From Lama guanicoe (taxonomy: Eukaryota): DNA of 64,000 nucleotides. Positions 11,191-22,959 of the stretch are shown here, in pieces. The position numbers and the translations under genes are program-made. Every line of letters starts with the position of its first letter. Within the stretch, counting starts at the first letter, position 1. Location: contig MU055609.1 of assembly GCA_013239625.1 (NCBI GenBank), forward strand, positions 7,858,408 to 7,922,407. The letters are read 5' to 3'. The notes under the pieces are model-generated. The model did no database searches and had not been told where the DNA came from. It saw only the letters and a program-made list of their open reading frames with translations.

Positions 11191-11946
11191 CACACAACAC
11201 ATTCCAGAAAAGAGAAGGTTTCTATTTTGTTTTGTTTCTGTTTTGATTACCTCCCAGCTAAGATTATCTCACACCAGTAGTCTCCTGTCAGTCTATATGT
11301 TGGGAAAGTGGCTCTGTTGAACTAAAAAGTTCTGGTTTTGTGTTTCCAGAGGATGAGAGCTGGTGCCATGTATAGATTTCCATTCTGGGAGAGGTTTCTC
11401 TTTGTCCTACTTTGCGTCAAATCTGCTGTCGTGAGGATAAGCGCGCCCAGGAGACACCTCCCTGTGGTTTAATAGGCTATGAAGGATGGACTCATTAATG
11501 GGCTGGCAGCTGCCCCCAAACAGGATGCTGCCTGGAGGTGGGGGAAGAACGGAAAGGGAGGCTGAAGAGGAGGCAGGCTCCATCCAGGAGAACGCCACTG
11601 GCTGTCACAGGGGGTGCTGAACGCAAACAGCACCACCTCCCGAAGGATCCCCACAAGGTGACGTCTGAACTGACGGTGACAATCCAGCTACAGAAACCTC
11701 CGACTGGAGGAGCAGGCTCTGGGTAACTGTTTTTCTTTTTTGATTTAAAACAACCCCTCCTGAGATATTATTACCCATCTGATGGTCTCATTATTTCTGG
11801 ATTTCTTAGAAAGTTACTTTTTCCCATCATTCCTTTACTACGTTCCCATCCATGTTATAGTATCTATCTCTTTTACATCAGCGTGTTTATTTATAATTGA
11901 ATTTTCCTTTTCAAGTCTTGGTTAGGAGGGTCTTCTTCACCTTTAA

Positions 11947-12030
11947 GTGAAACCAAGCTGCTTGGCCTGGCACTCGAGGCCCCTGCAAAGGTGAAACCAA
12001 GCTGCTTGACCTGGCACTCGAGGCCCCTGC
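11947..12030 (+). repeat. Tandem duplication, 2 x 40 bp (period 44), inside an L2 remnant
   Basis: gtgaaaccaagctgcttg(g/a)cctggcactcgaggcccctgc twice, separated by aaag, one mismatch. Confidence 0.95.
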
Positions 12031-14219
12031 CCACCTCCCATCCTCATCTTTTCATCGTCTCCCATTCAAACTTAGGCCATCATGTTCTATGTGCTGTTCC
12101 CCACTCACTATGTTTATATATTTTCACAGCTTTGCATGTGCTGGTCCCTCTGCCTGGAACAGCCTCCCTGCCTCAGCTTCTCCCTTGGCTCTGTTCTGAT
12201 GGTCTTTGCAGGCTTGGGCTCACAGGCCTTCTTAATGAGCTGGTCATCCCTAGCACCTTATCTGCCCTCTGAATTGGAGGTCTCACAGCTTGTGGTCCCC
12301 TCCCTCTACTCAGCCCTCACCTCATTCTTCTGTAATGACGTGAGTCCCTCACTTAGTACAGTGGATGGTAAATGTCTTTTAAATAATAAAGAACACCTCT
12401 GCCAGCTCCCTCATAGTCTGGATATATTAGATCAAAGGGATGAAATTTAACCAGTGCCTCCCAAATAAGGAGCNNNNNNNNNNNNNNNNNNNNNNNNNNN
12501 NNNNNNNNNNNNNNNNNNNNNNNNNNNNNNNNNNNNNNNNNNNNNNNNNNNNNNNNNNNNNNNNNNNNNNNNNNNNNNNNNNNNNNNNNNNNNNNNNNNN
12601 NNNNNNNNNNNNNAAAAGAAGAGAAAGAGAGCTCAGTATCTTTATAGAGGCAACACTTTCCACTGCAATGAGTCAAAACCCTCCTCTAGTTTACAGTTCC
12701 TTTTACACCAGGGTTTACCCCCAAGTGGAGAAGCTTCTAGTTCTTCCATATCTCACTCTGGCCAGCCATTAAACTCACAGGAGCTACCCCAGCTGGGAAT
12801 AATAAGTCTCTGCACATCCTCACCACCTATACACAAGTGTCCACTTCATTGAGAAAGGGCAGGGCAGGGTAGCGGAAAGAGAGCAGGTGTGGTTTGTTAG
12901 AAGAGATTTAGCTGGAGTCCTGGGGCTTTTCCTATCAGCTGTGTGATTTGCAGAGAAATCATTTAATCTCCTATTTTCGCCCATATTTCTTCTCTGGAGA
13001 TAACAGGACTTGCCACAGACAGGTGAGAGGGTTAATGAGATACTGTATATGAAACGCATACCTAGAGCACCAGTAGCTGCTCAACAAAAGACAGCTATGC
13101 TGTGCGCAGTCCTGTAAAGCTGGGGCAAGCACTGGACGTGGTAGCTGGTCTGCTGCCTCAGGCATGCCAGCCACACCCACGCTCACCCACACTCAGGAAT
13201 GGAGCAGGCGCGGAGCAGCAAAGACTGGAGACATTTATAGCAAAGGTGTGGCCAGAATTTAAAGCAGTTGCTACAAATCATTCATTACCCTCATCATCTC
13301 CCCCAGTCCAAGAACAATAAAGAAGCGGGGGTTCTACTGGAAAGAACTGGGGAGCTCCTAACACAAAGGGGAGAGTGCTAAGGCATTCTGCAATGAGGAT
13401 GGAGCTACTTAAGGTGGAGATGGCAACAATTTGTCTGAAAAGAGAGGTAGCAAGTCACANNNNNNNNNNNNNNNNNNNNNNNNNNNNNNNNNNNNNNNNN
13501 NNNNNNNNNNNNNNNNNNNNNNNNNNNNNNNNNNNNNNNNNNNNNNNNNNNNNNNNNNNNNNNNNNNNNNNNNNNNNNNNNNNNNNNNNNNNNNNNNNNN
13601 NNNNNNNNNNNNNNNNNNNNNNNACCAGCTTGAACTTCCCAGGCAATGTTATTGATTTGTGGGAGGCAGGAGCGCCAAAGGGGAGGAAAATGACAGGACG
13701 TCACATGTCAGGAAAGACTGATTACATAAAGCTCTCTTTAGAGTACCAGGGCCAGTGCTGGGAGGCAATACAGCAAAAAGCCTGCCATGTCCTGGTGACA
13801 GGAGCCCATTTCAGCAGCCAAAAAAATCTTTCCAACAGCTTCTGTTTTGCTGGTAAATGTCTGTGTGTGTGTTGGTTGTAGGAGGGAACCTGGGAAAACA
13901 AGTTGGGTTCCGGATCAGAAAATGGGTGCCTGTGTTACCCTTGATAGGTGGGAGTAAAGAGAACCATGAAAAACTCAATTGCATTTTTGTCCCCAAAATG
14001 GAAAATCCCAAATGACAATACTTTAGGATATTTCTTTCTGTTTTGGAATAACAGGGTCAAAATAGGAAAGGCAGGGGCAAACTTTGCCAGATATGCCCTT
14101 CACCAGCCAGAATTAGCAACTAAAGAAGCAGGAGAGAGTGTTAAGTAGACTTAGCTACTGGGGCCCTTCTTTTTCCATTCCACTGTGTCACGTGTGGTGT
14201 GTGAGCAGTGTGTATGCAA

Positions 14220-14220
<1 letters not shown>

Positions 14221-14252
<32 letters not shown>
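14221..14252 (+). repeat. (AC)16 microsatellite followed by a short (AG)n
   Basis: Direct read. Confidence 0.97.
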
Positions 14253-14254
<2 letters not shown>

Positions 14255-15082
14255 AAGAGAGAGCGAGAGAGAGGTGCATGTAAATTACCAGGCCCTGCAA
14301 CATGTTGCAGAAAGTTTCTGCAAATCCAGAAATACCTGAGCCTAATTCATTGGTTTAAAAATATTGTTTATCCTAAATTCAGCTCCACCTCATCAAGCCT
14401 AACTAAATTCACCTAATTAAATCTATTTTCATCATGCAAATTTATCAGTCCTATTTACCTTGTATATAGGAGAAGACTTAAAAATTGCTGTTAAATATTC
14501 TTACCATTATTTCTTTTAAACAGTCATGCACCAAACTGAGGGGCTTTAAGGGGCATCTTTAAATCAGTAATCTCCATGATAAACCTTATGTATGAGTTCT
14601 AGGAAACAGGTCAATCAATCCAGCTAAATTTAACCTGCATAAAATTAAAATGAAATATGAAAAATCAGATAAAACACTCACCACTCAACTGCAAACAGTG
14701 GACCTAAAGCCAAATACTTCGTGATTCACTGTACTGCTGGAATATATGTGAAAGAATTTATCGTGCCTACCAGTAGTGCATGTTCCCTGACGTACAATCT
14801 TTCTTTCTAATTATTCAAATACTTAACAGATATCTTAAATATACGTAATGGCTATGACTTTTATATTCTATATTTTATCTCTGTTTTGTCTTTGCTTCAG
14901 AAGGAAGGAAAACACTCAGGTCATAGGAAGGTTCTGAAGGTCAAGTGAAGGAAGGACTCCTGCCCAAAAAGATGTGCCATATATACCCATCTGCCTGAAT
15001 CAGTCCCAAACCATCACTTTAGTATTGGGTTAGCACAACTGTGTTATTGTCATCTGCTCTAGATTTAGAGAGAGATGCACTT

Positions 15083-15189
15083 GGGGGGCAGTTATTAAGT
15101 ATTTCTTCATTTTTAATGGAGGTACTAGGGATTGAACCCAAGACCTTATGCATGCTAGGAAGACACTCTACCACTGACCTATACCCTCC
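15083..15189 (-). mobile_element. tRNA-derived camelid SINE (vic-1 type)
   Basis: Minus strand GGAGGGTATAGGTCAGTGGTAGAG (A box)...GGTTCAATCCC (B box)...TACCTCCATTAAAAA. 16-bp TSD tttagagagagatgca at 15064-15079 and 15190-15205. Confidence 0.9.
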
Positions 15190-16413
15190 TTTAGAGAGAG
15201 ATGCATTTAACATCAAGAATGACGATGCTTTGGAGAAAACTAAAAACTAGATGAACATCGTTTCAGAAAGGAAGGGGAAAAAAAGAACGGAGGTTCTCCT
15301 TGATATAAAATAATGAACTGCCAACTTGAAAACAGAACACTTGTCTGAACAAGAGAAGGACAGAGGTGGAATTCAAAGGCTTGCCTATGAATTCAAAGAT
15401 ATGAGATAAACCGGCAGCACAATGAAACTACCTGTGGTTAGCCTTGTTCACAAATAAGCTTCTCCATGTGTTTCTTGGCATCCTAGAAGGAGGACAGCTA
15501 AGTCTCGTAAAAACATTCTGTGGGGCTGAAGATATTCTTTGAAGACTTTCTTTCAGATACTGTTTTAGTAGTAGGGGAGAATAAAGTGAGAAAAAAATTT
15601 ATATTTAAACATTGGTGGCCATATATTGGTGGTAGGTTCTGGATTTGCAATTCTGTATTTAAACTGTACACAGAACAGAGAAAAATATGGATAACACATA
15701 TTCATAGAGAATACCAACACCACTTCTGTGAGGATCAAGAGAGCGACTGTGCTGGGAAGGCCCAGGGGACTCAGTCTGAAGTCTTGAGCTACGTGTGTGT
15801 TTCTGCATCTCAGAAATAGACAGGGCCTTTTTCTTTTTCTTCTTCCTTTTTTTTCCCTCAGATAACTGAATCTTCCCCCTTTATCAGCAGTAGCAAGATT
15901 TGGCCACAGGTATGGTGTCAATACCTTCAGAACAGAAAATTAAAACAAAGTTTATTTTTGCTCCCGATTTATGAGCTTATTTTGATAGCAAGTTGAACAA
16001 ATAAAAAATTAAATCATTGAAGTTATGTTTATTGAATCATCAATAAAGAATAAACAAAATCATGAAAGAACAGATCAAAATATAAAAATGAAGATTATCT
16101 CCAAAATTTAGAAACTATAGTGAGTGCCTGGCTCCTTGTTGCCCAAGTAATGTACAATCCTTCCATGTGAACAGTCCTTAATAATCCTGTCCAGGAGCTT
16201 GGGTGAGAGGCCCCAGTGACCATGGATGGGCAGGAAATGCATTCTTGGCAATTTGGGATGGAAACTTAAAATTAGAATGGAGTTTCCAAGGGAAAACTGT
16301 TATACATAATGGCTACATTTTTAAGGCACTTCAGTGTATTTTGGATTAAACAGATTCTTGTTTCTAACAAGCTTCTCTTAAATCTGAACCTGAATACTTC
16401 TATTTTCTTAAAT

Positions 16414-16444
16414 CACGCACATGTGCACATGCACACACACACGT
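16414..16444. repeat. 31-bp alternating purine-pyrimidine tract
   Basis: cacgcacatgtgcacatgcacacacacacgt. Confidence 0.85.
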
Positions 16445-17015
16445 CCTCGTACTATGATGTGGCAATATCTCTCTTCTGTTACAATAATTTGTATACCTAA
16501 CTTCTCCCCTTAGAAACCAAGCACTTCTCCCTACAAGCACTAGTTTAGAAAAGTCTACATCCTTGAACATAGTAGGTACTCAAAAAACATTTGATAAGTG
16601 AAAGAACGGATGCACAGATTTGTACTAATTCTCTATTCCAGGATGCATATGACCAGAATATGTGCTTATGTCTGGGGGGAGAAGAGGTAGACAGGGGTAC
16701 CTGGGGAATTCATTTTGTGTTTGTGAGAAACAGAGGACAAGACCACAAGTTGACACCAGGGACTGGAAAACAGAATACAGACAAAAAATGTCCTGGGTGG
16801 ATGCCCCTCTAGCACAGATCAGGTGAACAATAAAAACCATCCCTGCCCATCCTTCCAGAGGGATCTGAGTTCCCAAAGTGCTTTCCCACCCACTCTGTCA
16901 CATTTAATTCTCACAACAACCCTGTGGGAGAGAGAATCATCATTTACAGATGTGGAACTGAAGCCCTGAGAGAGCAGTGATTTGCTCTGTTACAGAGCTG
17001 AAATTGAGTCTAGAT

Positions 17016-17234
17016 CAGGAGTCGGCAAGCTGTTTTTTGTTTAGGGTGAGATAATAAAGAGTTTAGGACTGGAGGGACCTCCGGTCTGTCAGTACATCCC
17101 TGACGCTGTCGTCTGAAGGTGGTCATGTACGATATGTAAACTAATGAGTGTGGCTGAGATCCAATAAAACTTTATTTAGAAAAACAGGCCGTGGGTTCAA
17201 TTTGGCCTTTAGGCCACAGTTTGCTGACCCCTTG
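17016..17234 (+). mobile_element. MER58A (hAT-Charlie), full length
   Basis: Termini caggagtcggcaag / tttgctgaccccttg. Internal gagtgtggctgagatccaataaaactttattta. 8-bp TSD gtctagat (17008-17015) / gtttagat (17235-17242). Confidence 0.88.
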
Positions 17235-17269
17235 GTTTAGATCTTTTGACTCCAAACCCAGTCCCTTTT

Positions 17270-17336
17270 TCTTTTCTTTTCTTTTTTTTTTTCTTTATTG
17301 CAGTATAGTCAGTTTACAATGTTGTGTCAATTTCTG
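17270..17336 (-). mobile_element. Extremely 5'-truncated young L1 (about 45 bp plus tail)
   Basis: T-rich tail plus ctttattgcagtatagtcagtttacaatgttgtgtcaatttctg. 12-bp TSD ccagtccctttt at 17258-17269 and 17337-17348. Confidence 0.88.
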
Positions 17337-18084
17337 CCAGTCCCTTTTGCCATAACTACGGTTACTCGATTTGAACTAGGATGTTATTGACAACTATTCT
17401 GAGGCCCTTAAGTTTTTTTGTCACCTGAGAAAAAGTAAATTACCTTCAACAGTTTGTGTTAAGCACTTTTATTGTATTAAGGAAGTGTCACCATCATAGC
17501 TGATTATAACCCTTCATCTTCTCAGTCATTCTGGATAGAAGTTGTTTTTCCTTGCCTTTAGGGTCCTGGGGTTTATGACGGCAGGACACCAAATGTGACA
17601 TCCTCGTTGCTGACGGCAGCAGCAGAGAAGCTGTCCCATTGCAGGGCTGACTGGAAGGAACCTCAGCATTTCTGCACTGCCAACCTGCACACCTTGCTCT
17701 TTCTTTCTTCAAAAATTGTCATCTCCAGAAACCTAACAGCGACCCCCCTCCTCTGCAAAGCCCCCAAGGGGGCAGCCAGATGGGTAGCTGCTGTTGATGA
17801 AAACTTCTGAGTTGAGTAAGGAGTTTTTGTGGATGTTAGAACCCCTAGCTCAGGCTGAAATTCCATTCTCAAAGCACATGATAAAATCCCCAGTCACCTC
17901 AAGATCACCTGCATGGCAGTAATCCACATTCTGGGTTAACCGCAGCCAACTCCAAATCCCAGGACTCCCTCTCTGCCAGTCCTGAGATGACTTTCCCTGC
18001 TGTCAGCTGCCTTGAAACCTACCTGAACATACCCTAAAGAGGGTCAGAGAGCTCTGAGGCTGTTACTGCATATATGTCTGTGTG

Positions 18085-18525
18085 TAGGGCTCAAAATCGG
18101 ACTTGTTGTATATCTGTGGTTAAGTCCTGGTTAAGCTTCACCAGCCTATTCTCTTATCTGGAAAAACAGGGATAATCCTTTATCCTCACGATCAAAAGAT
18201 CACTATGAGGATTAACTGTATTAACATGTGGACGAACAGCAGCTCCGATTTATTCAGTGCCTACTTTGTGCCAGGTATTCTGCTAAGTGGCTTACTAAAA
18301 TTACCTAATTTAATCCTATGCAAAATGGGTACCATCAGGCCCACTGTGAAGATAAGGAAAGTGAGGCGAAGAAATGTTAAATAACCTGCCCCATGTCAAC
18401 CAGGAAGGAGGCTGCGGGGCTGGGATCTGAGTGAACCCTGGGCTGTGTGACTTCCCAGCTCATGCCTTCTCCTCTGGTCTCTGTGCAAAGGTGCAGCAGA
18501 GTGCCTGGCATCAGGCAAGAACTCA
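18085..18525. mobile_element. Opposite-orientation MIRs (a + MIR interrupted by a - MIR at about 18235-18480)
   Basis: tttattcagtgcctactttgtgccagg...gataaggaaagtgaggc (-) lies between + core ttctcttatctggaaaaacagggataat and + tail agagtgcctggcat. Confidence 0.65.
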
Positions 18526-19649
18526 AGGGGACGCACAGCCCTTCCGTTGGGGGCTCTTCCCCTTCTTCACACTGATGGGGATGCTTTGAGATTCTGGAGC
18601 ATCCGCGTCCATGGCTCTGCCCCCTTCCATCCCACCTCTGTGGGTGTTTACACGTGTTGGGCAGTCTAAGTCTTGGCTTATCTCCTGCAGACTCAGTGTT
18701 AGCAGAGCCAACTAAGCAAAGGACTTATTTTCTTCTGGTAGTTCATACAATTCCCTCTAACTAAGGACAGTTTAAAGTCTTGTTACTCAGTCATCCTTGT
18801 ACCAGCATGACTGGCATCACCTGGCGGACTGGTAAGAACTGCAGCTTCGGCTTCTTGCTGTGAGACCCTGGCTAAGTTACATGAACCTCTCTGCACCTTG
18901 GTTTTCAAGAAAACTACATATCTAACTCACAGTCACAGGGAAGGGAAGCTCTGATATGAGCTCTCAGAACTTCTTAATATATGCTAACTCTTTTCATCTC
19001 CCAATTTTTCATTCCTACTTTGCCCTTTCCTATTGCAGTAATCTCATCTGTAAAATGGACTTACTACCTTTTTCATGGAGGTACCAGGAGGATTAAAAGT
19101 GATAATGCATGTAAAGTGCCTGGCACGTGACAGGTGCTCAACAGATGCTGGTTCCTTTTCTTTCTTCTCCCATGTTCCATGAGATACTGCCTATGAGGAT
19201 GCTGTCTCCTCAATGAGGCCCCAGCTTCCTCGAAGGTGGAGAGTGTTTCTAAAGCTTTTCTTCCACATTGGAGCACATAATATGCAACAGGCACACAAAT
19301 TCCACATATAACTGATACATCTTAGATAATATGAGTGGGTCCCCAATGACCAAGGACTTGTTCCTGCCTTTGGGAGGCTTATTATGTAGAAGGGAAAGAT
19401 AAATAAATACAAGGATTAATTATAGTCCAGCAAAAATAATAATATACTTGAGGTTTTTCTTTTAAAGTTACATACAGGAACAGAGAAGAGGTGAAGACTG
19501 ATTCTCACTGAGCAGAGTAGGGAAGACTTCCAGGAGGAGTGGGTGTTTGAGTTGGGTTTTGAAGAAGGAGCAGAATTTTGCTAGGATTGTCCTATTAAAG
19601 GGATGCAATTCCAACTTGAGGGTTGAATCTAAGCACTGTATTAATCTAG

Positions 19650-20090
19650 CCCACAGATATTTAGTGACTATCTATGATGTGCCAGGCATATGTTCACCGG
19701 GAACACAGAAGAGAACGAAAGACACTTGGTTTCTGCCATCAGAGAATTTATATTCTGACTGGGGATAAGGGAGTGAGAGGAAAAAAATATCCATAAAATA
19801 TAAAGTTTGCGAGATGACGGTGAGTTCTAGGAGAAAATAAATCAGAGAAGACAGAAAGGCAGTGTCAGGGGGCAGGGTGGCAATTTTTTAATAGGGTGGT
19901 CAGATGAGGCCTTGCTGCTAAAGAGACATGATAGCAGAGACCTGAAGGAGAGGAGGCAGCCAGTCCCCTCATCTGAGGGAAGGCCCTTCCAGACAGAGAG
20001 AGTCTCATGGGCAAAGGCCCTGAGGCAGAAGCATGTTTGGCATGTTGGAGCGATGGCACAAGTGAATGTGAGGGCAACGCACAATGCATT
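19650..20090 (-). mobile_element. L2 LINE 3' fragment
   Basis: atatttagtgactatctatgatgtgccaggca...agggtggtcagatgaggcct...ttccagacagagag...gcaaaggccctgaggcagaagcatgtttggcatgttgg. Confidence 0.82.
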
Positions 20091-20609
20091 CGTCAATGGC
20101 TGAAAAGAGGAAAGGGGTATCCCTGGTTTCTCCAAGCTCATTCTTAGGTGCCGCTGAGTAAGATGCATGTGAAAACCACGCCAGCCCCTTTCCCTTGGCT
20201 GTGCAGATCAAGTGAACACACTCACTGAAACATTTCTTCAAAACCATCTCTTAACGTGTACCTCTGTTCCCCTCTGGACTGGAGGTAACTTGAGGCCAAG
20301 ATGATATTTTATTCATCTCTATACTCCCAGGACCTACCAAAGGGTCTGTGACATTGTTGGATAGCTAGTAAATGTCTGCTGGGTGAATGAATGACTATCA
20401 TCTATTCACATGCATATTTACATCCTCCTAACCACCCTAAATCTCCCAAAATCCAAATAAAAGGGATCAGGAAGAGCAGCAAAATCTTTTACCAGGGCCT
20501 CACCTGTGTCCAGGGGATGGTGGTAAGAGGTATGGAACCAGATCCTATGAAACACATCTGCCAGACCTGTAGGCTTTAGTCTGAAGGAGAGCAGACTCTA
20601 GAGGTCCTC

Positions 20610-20910
20610 AAAGCCCCTTCCAATATTTGAAGGGCTGTCATGGGAACACAGGGGTAGACCTGCTATGTGGAGTCCCAAAGGAAGAATGGGGATCAGGCAG
20701 CAGAAGAAAGTGAGGGAGTAGGTTTTTGCCTTGATAAGAGGAAGAACTTTCTACTAATGATTTTATAAGAGTGTGTGGGCTGCCTTGTGATGTGGTAAGG
20801 ACCCCACGACTAGAACTATGCAGACAGAGGCCAGATCGACATGTCATCAGGAGCTGATGCAGCAGTTAGCAAGGTCAACTCATAAGATCCTCTCTAATGC
20901 TAAGATTCAA
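20610..20910 (+). mobile_element. L3/CR1 LINE 3' end
   Basis: gataagaggaagaactttcta...tgggctgccttgtgatgtggtaag...cagaggccagat...tctaatgctaagattc. Confidence 0.65.
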
Positions 20911-20989
20911 AGGTTCTACATTGTATTTATGCTTACAATCGTTTTCAGTTTAGCCTGATTTCTAGTTGAGAAAATAAAAATATTACAGG

Positions 20990-21200
20990 ATATTTATTAA
21001 GTGTCTACTGTTGGCTAAGCAATTTACATATATCATTATCTAAATCAATCTTTACAATCTCTGAAGTAGGCATTTCTCTCCCTGTTTGGCAGAAGGGGAA
21101 ACTGAGGTGCAGACAGGAGAAGTAACACACCCGAGGTTACCTGGCTAGAAAACAGGAGCCAGACCGATCTGACTCCTGAGCCTGTGCACTTCCTGCGGCG
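20990..21200 (-). mobile_element. MIR SINE
   Basis: atttattaagtgtctact...ggggaaactgaggtgcaga...tctgactcctgagcc. Confidence 0.75.
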
Positions 21201-22129
21201 CCCTGGTTTCTTGAATACGTGTCCATTTATGTGCCAGACACCTGCCCTGACACAGCACAGCGTGCCTGAGACTTTGAGAGGGCCTGGGTTTTCTAGTACA
21301 AAAGTCTTCATTCTTTTCATTTAATTCCAATATACACCCCAAAGTATCCTGTTCCCACCTTCTGAATTGGTTGCATCTGTCAAACTGGATCTGGTATGTC
21401 ACAGAATGACAATCTTGGAAAGGACTTAGGTATCAATCATCTTCAGGTCTTTTCTACAGATTTGGAAACTGAGGACCAAGGAAGAAGCAAGCAGTTCATG
21501 GTCTGGTAAGAAAGTTAGAACTGTGAATAAACAATGATAGTAGAGTGTGGTTAAGTGCTATGACAGTGAGAAGGAGAAAGGGTTTTCTGGAGGGTACATC
21601 TGAACTGAAACTAATTTGAAAAGATTGATAGGAGACAACCAGGCAAAGGACAGAGAAGGGCATTCCAGGAGGAGGGGACAGCTTGAGCATCGACACTTGA
21701 GGAGAGAGGTCTGTTACTCAGTTTACAGCTATCATCTCCAGGAGGCCAAAAGCTGTTGATATCAACCAGAACTGTCAACATCATTTCTGAGTTGAGTCTG
21801 TGCTCAGATGTACACATGAGATCTCCCCATACCTCTGGCACAGATTCAGGAATTATTTAGGCATCTGAAATTTTGACTCTCTGCTCTATGCCAACAGCAA
21901 ACACTATTAAAAAAGACAGGACTCAGCCTTTCTTACTCTGAATTCCCAAAGTATTTAAAATTACATTGAACCAGTACTTGGTTATTTCCAGAGGCTACAT
22001 TTTGGTTTTCTAAGTAGATGTAATTTCCCAGCGGTGAGAATTCATCATGTGGCATCAAGATGTTAACAAGCAAAGCACTTGTGCCACAGTAGGCATTCAG
22101 TATAAGCTTGTCAAGCTCAGGGTATTCTC

Positions 22130-22245
22130 AATGGACCTGAAGTTCCTCAGGGCAGGAACATGGGTCTTTTAAATCTTGGTACTACCAATATCTGGCACAT
22201 AGTAGGCTTTCAATAAATCTATGTCGAATAAATGAATGAATGAAT
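22130..22245 (+). mobile_element. L2 3' terminus
   Basis: tgaagttcctcagggcagga...tggcacatagtaggctttcaataaat...gaataaatgaatgaatgaa. Confidence 0.8.
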
Positions 22246-22330
22246 TCAATAAGCACATGAACAGTAATGAAGGCAGTTACCATTTTCTGAGTGCTTACTA
22301 TGTGTTAGTCACTGTACTGGGTACTTTATT

Positions 22331-22505
22331 TCTTTTTTACCAGCTTTATTGAGGTATAATTGACAAATAAGCTTGTTTGATATTTAAAGTGCCCATCACG
22401 ATGATTTGATATATGTGTACATTGTAAAAGGATTCCTCTCGTTTAGTTAACCAACACGTTTATCTTTTTTTTTTTTTTTTTTGGTGAGAACATTTAAATT
22501 CTACC
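22331..22505 (-). mobile_element. L1 (L1MA-like) 3' end inserted in a minus-strand MIR (about 22262-22660)
   Basis: cagctttattgaggtataattgacaaataa...atgatttgatatatgtgtacattgt...tttggtgagaacatttaaattcta. Confidence 0.82.
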
Positions 22506-22959
22506 TGACTGCTTTATTTTTATCAGCTCACCTACTCCCTAAAACAATCCTAACAAGGTAGGCATCTTCACTGCCATTTACAACTGCGAAGGCTGATGTC
22601 CAGAGGCCTCAGATCCTAAGACATAAACCCATCTGTCTCTAAAGCTCATACAGGCTTTCAGTAGAGTTTCCTGATTTCAGACACAATATAAACCAGACTG
22701 TTCAAGTGGATGTAAAATAATGCCTCTGTTACTGGGGTGAGGTACATGGAAATTCAGAGTATATATGATGATTTCCAGGAGTCCCCAAAGCAGGAAGGAC
22801 CAATTACAAAGCTATACTATTTTATAAAGATAGCCAGCCAACCAATTCTCAAAGGAGTTTTTTATCTTTTTTTTAACTTACTCTTTCGGTTTGTCCTATA
22901 AAATAAGTTGCTCCAAATGACAGATCATCAAACATACATTTCAATAATAAACCTCAATA

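Larger units (their letters stand above)
16875..17360 (-). mobile_element. MIR SINE hosting two nested insertions
   Basis: catttaattctcacaacaaccctgtg...tttacagatgtggaactgaagc..., resuming as cttttgactccaaacccagtcccttt after the MER58A. Confidence 0.75.

Noticed and set aside
11596-11620. CTCF motif (cacagggggtgctg)
   Set aside because: Several mismatches in the 5' core, so it cannot be supported without ChIP data.
22190-22310. miRNA-like hairpin from tail-to-tail L2/MIR ends
   Set aside because: Arms are only about 70% complementary with a long loop. Such L2/MIR tail pairs are common.
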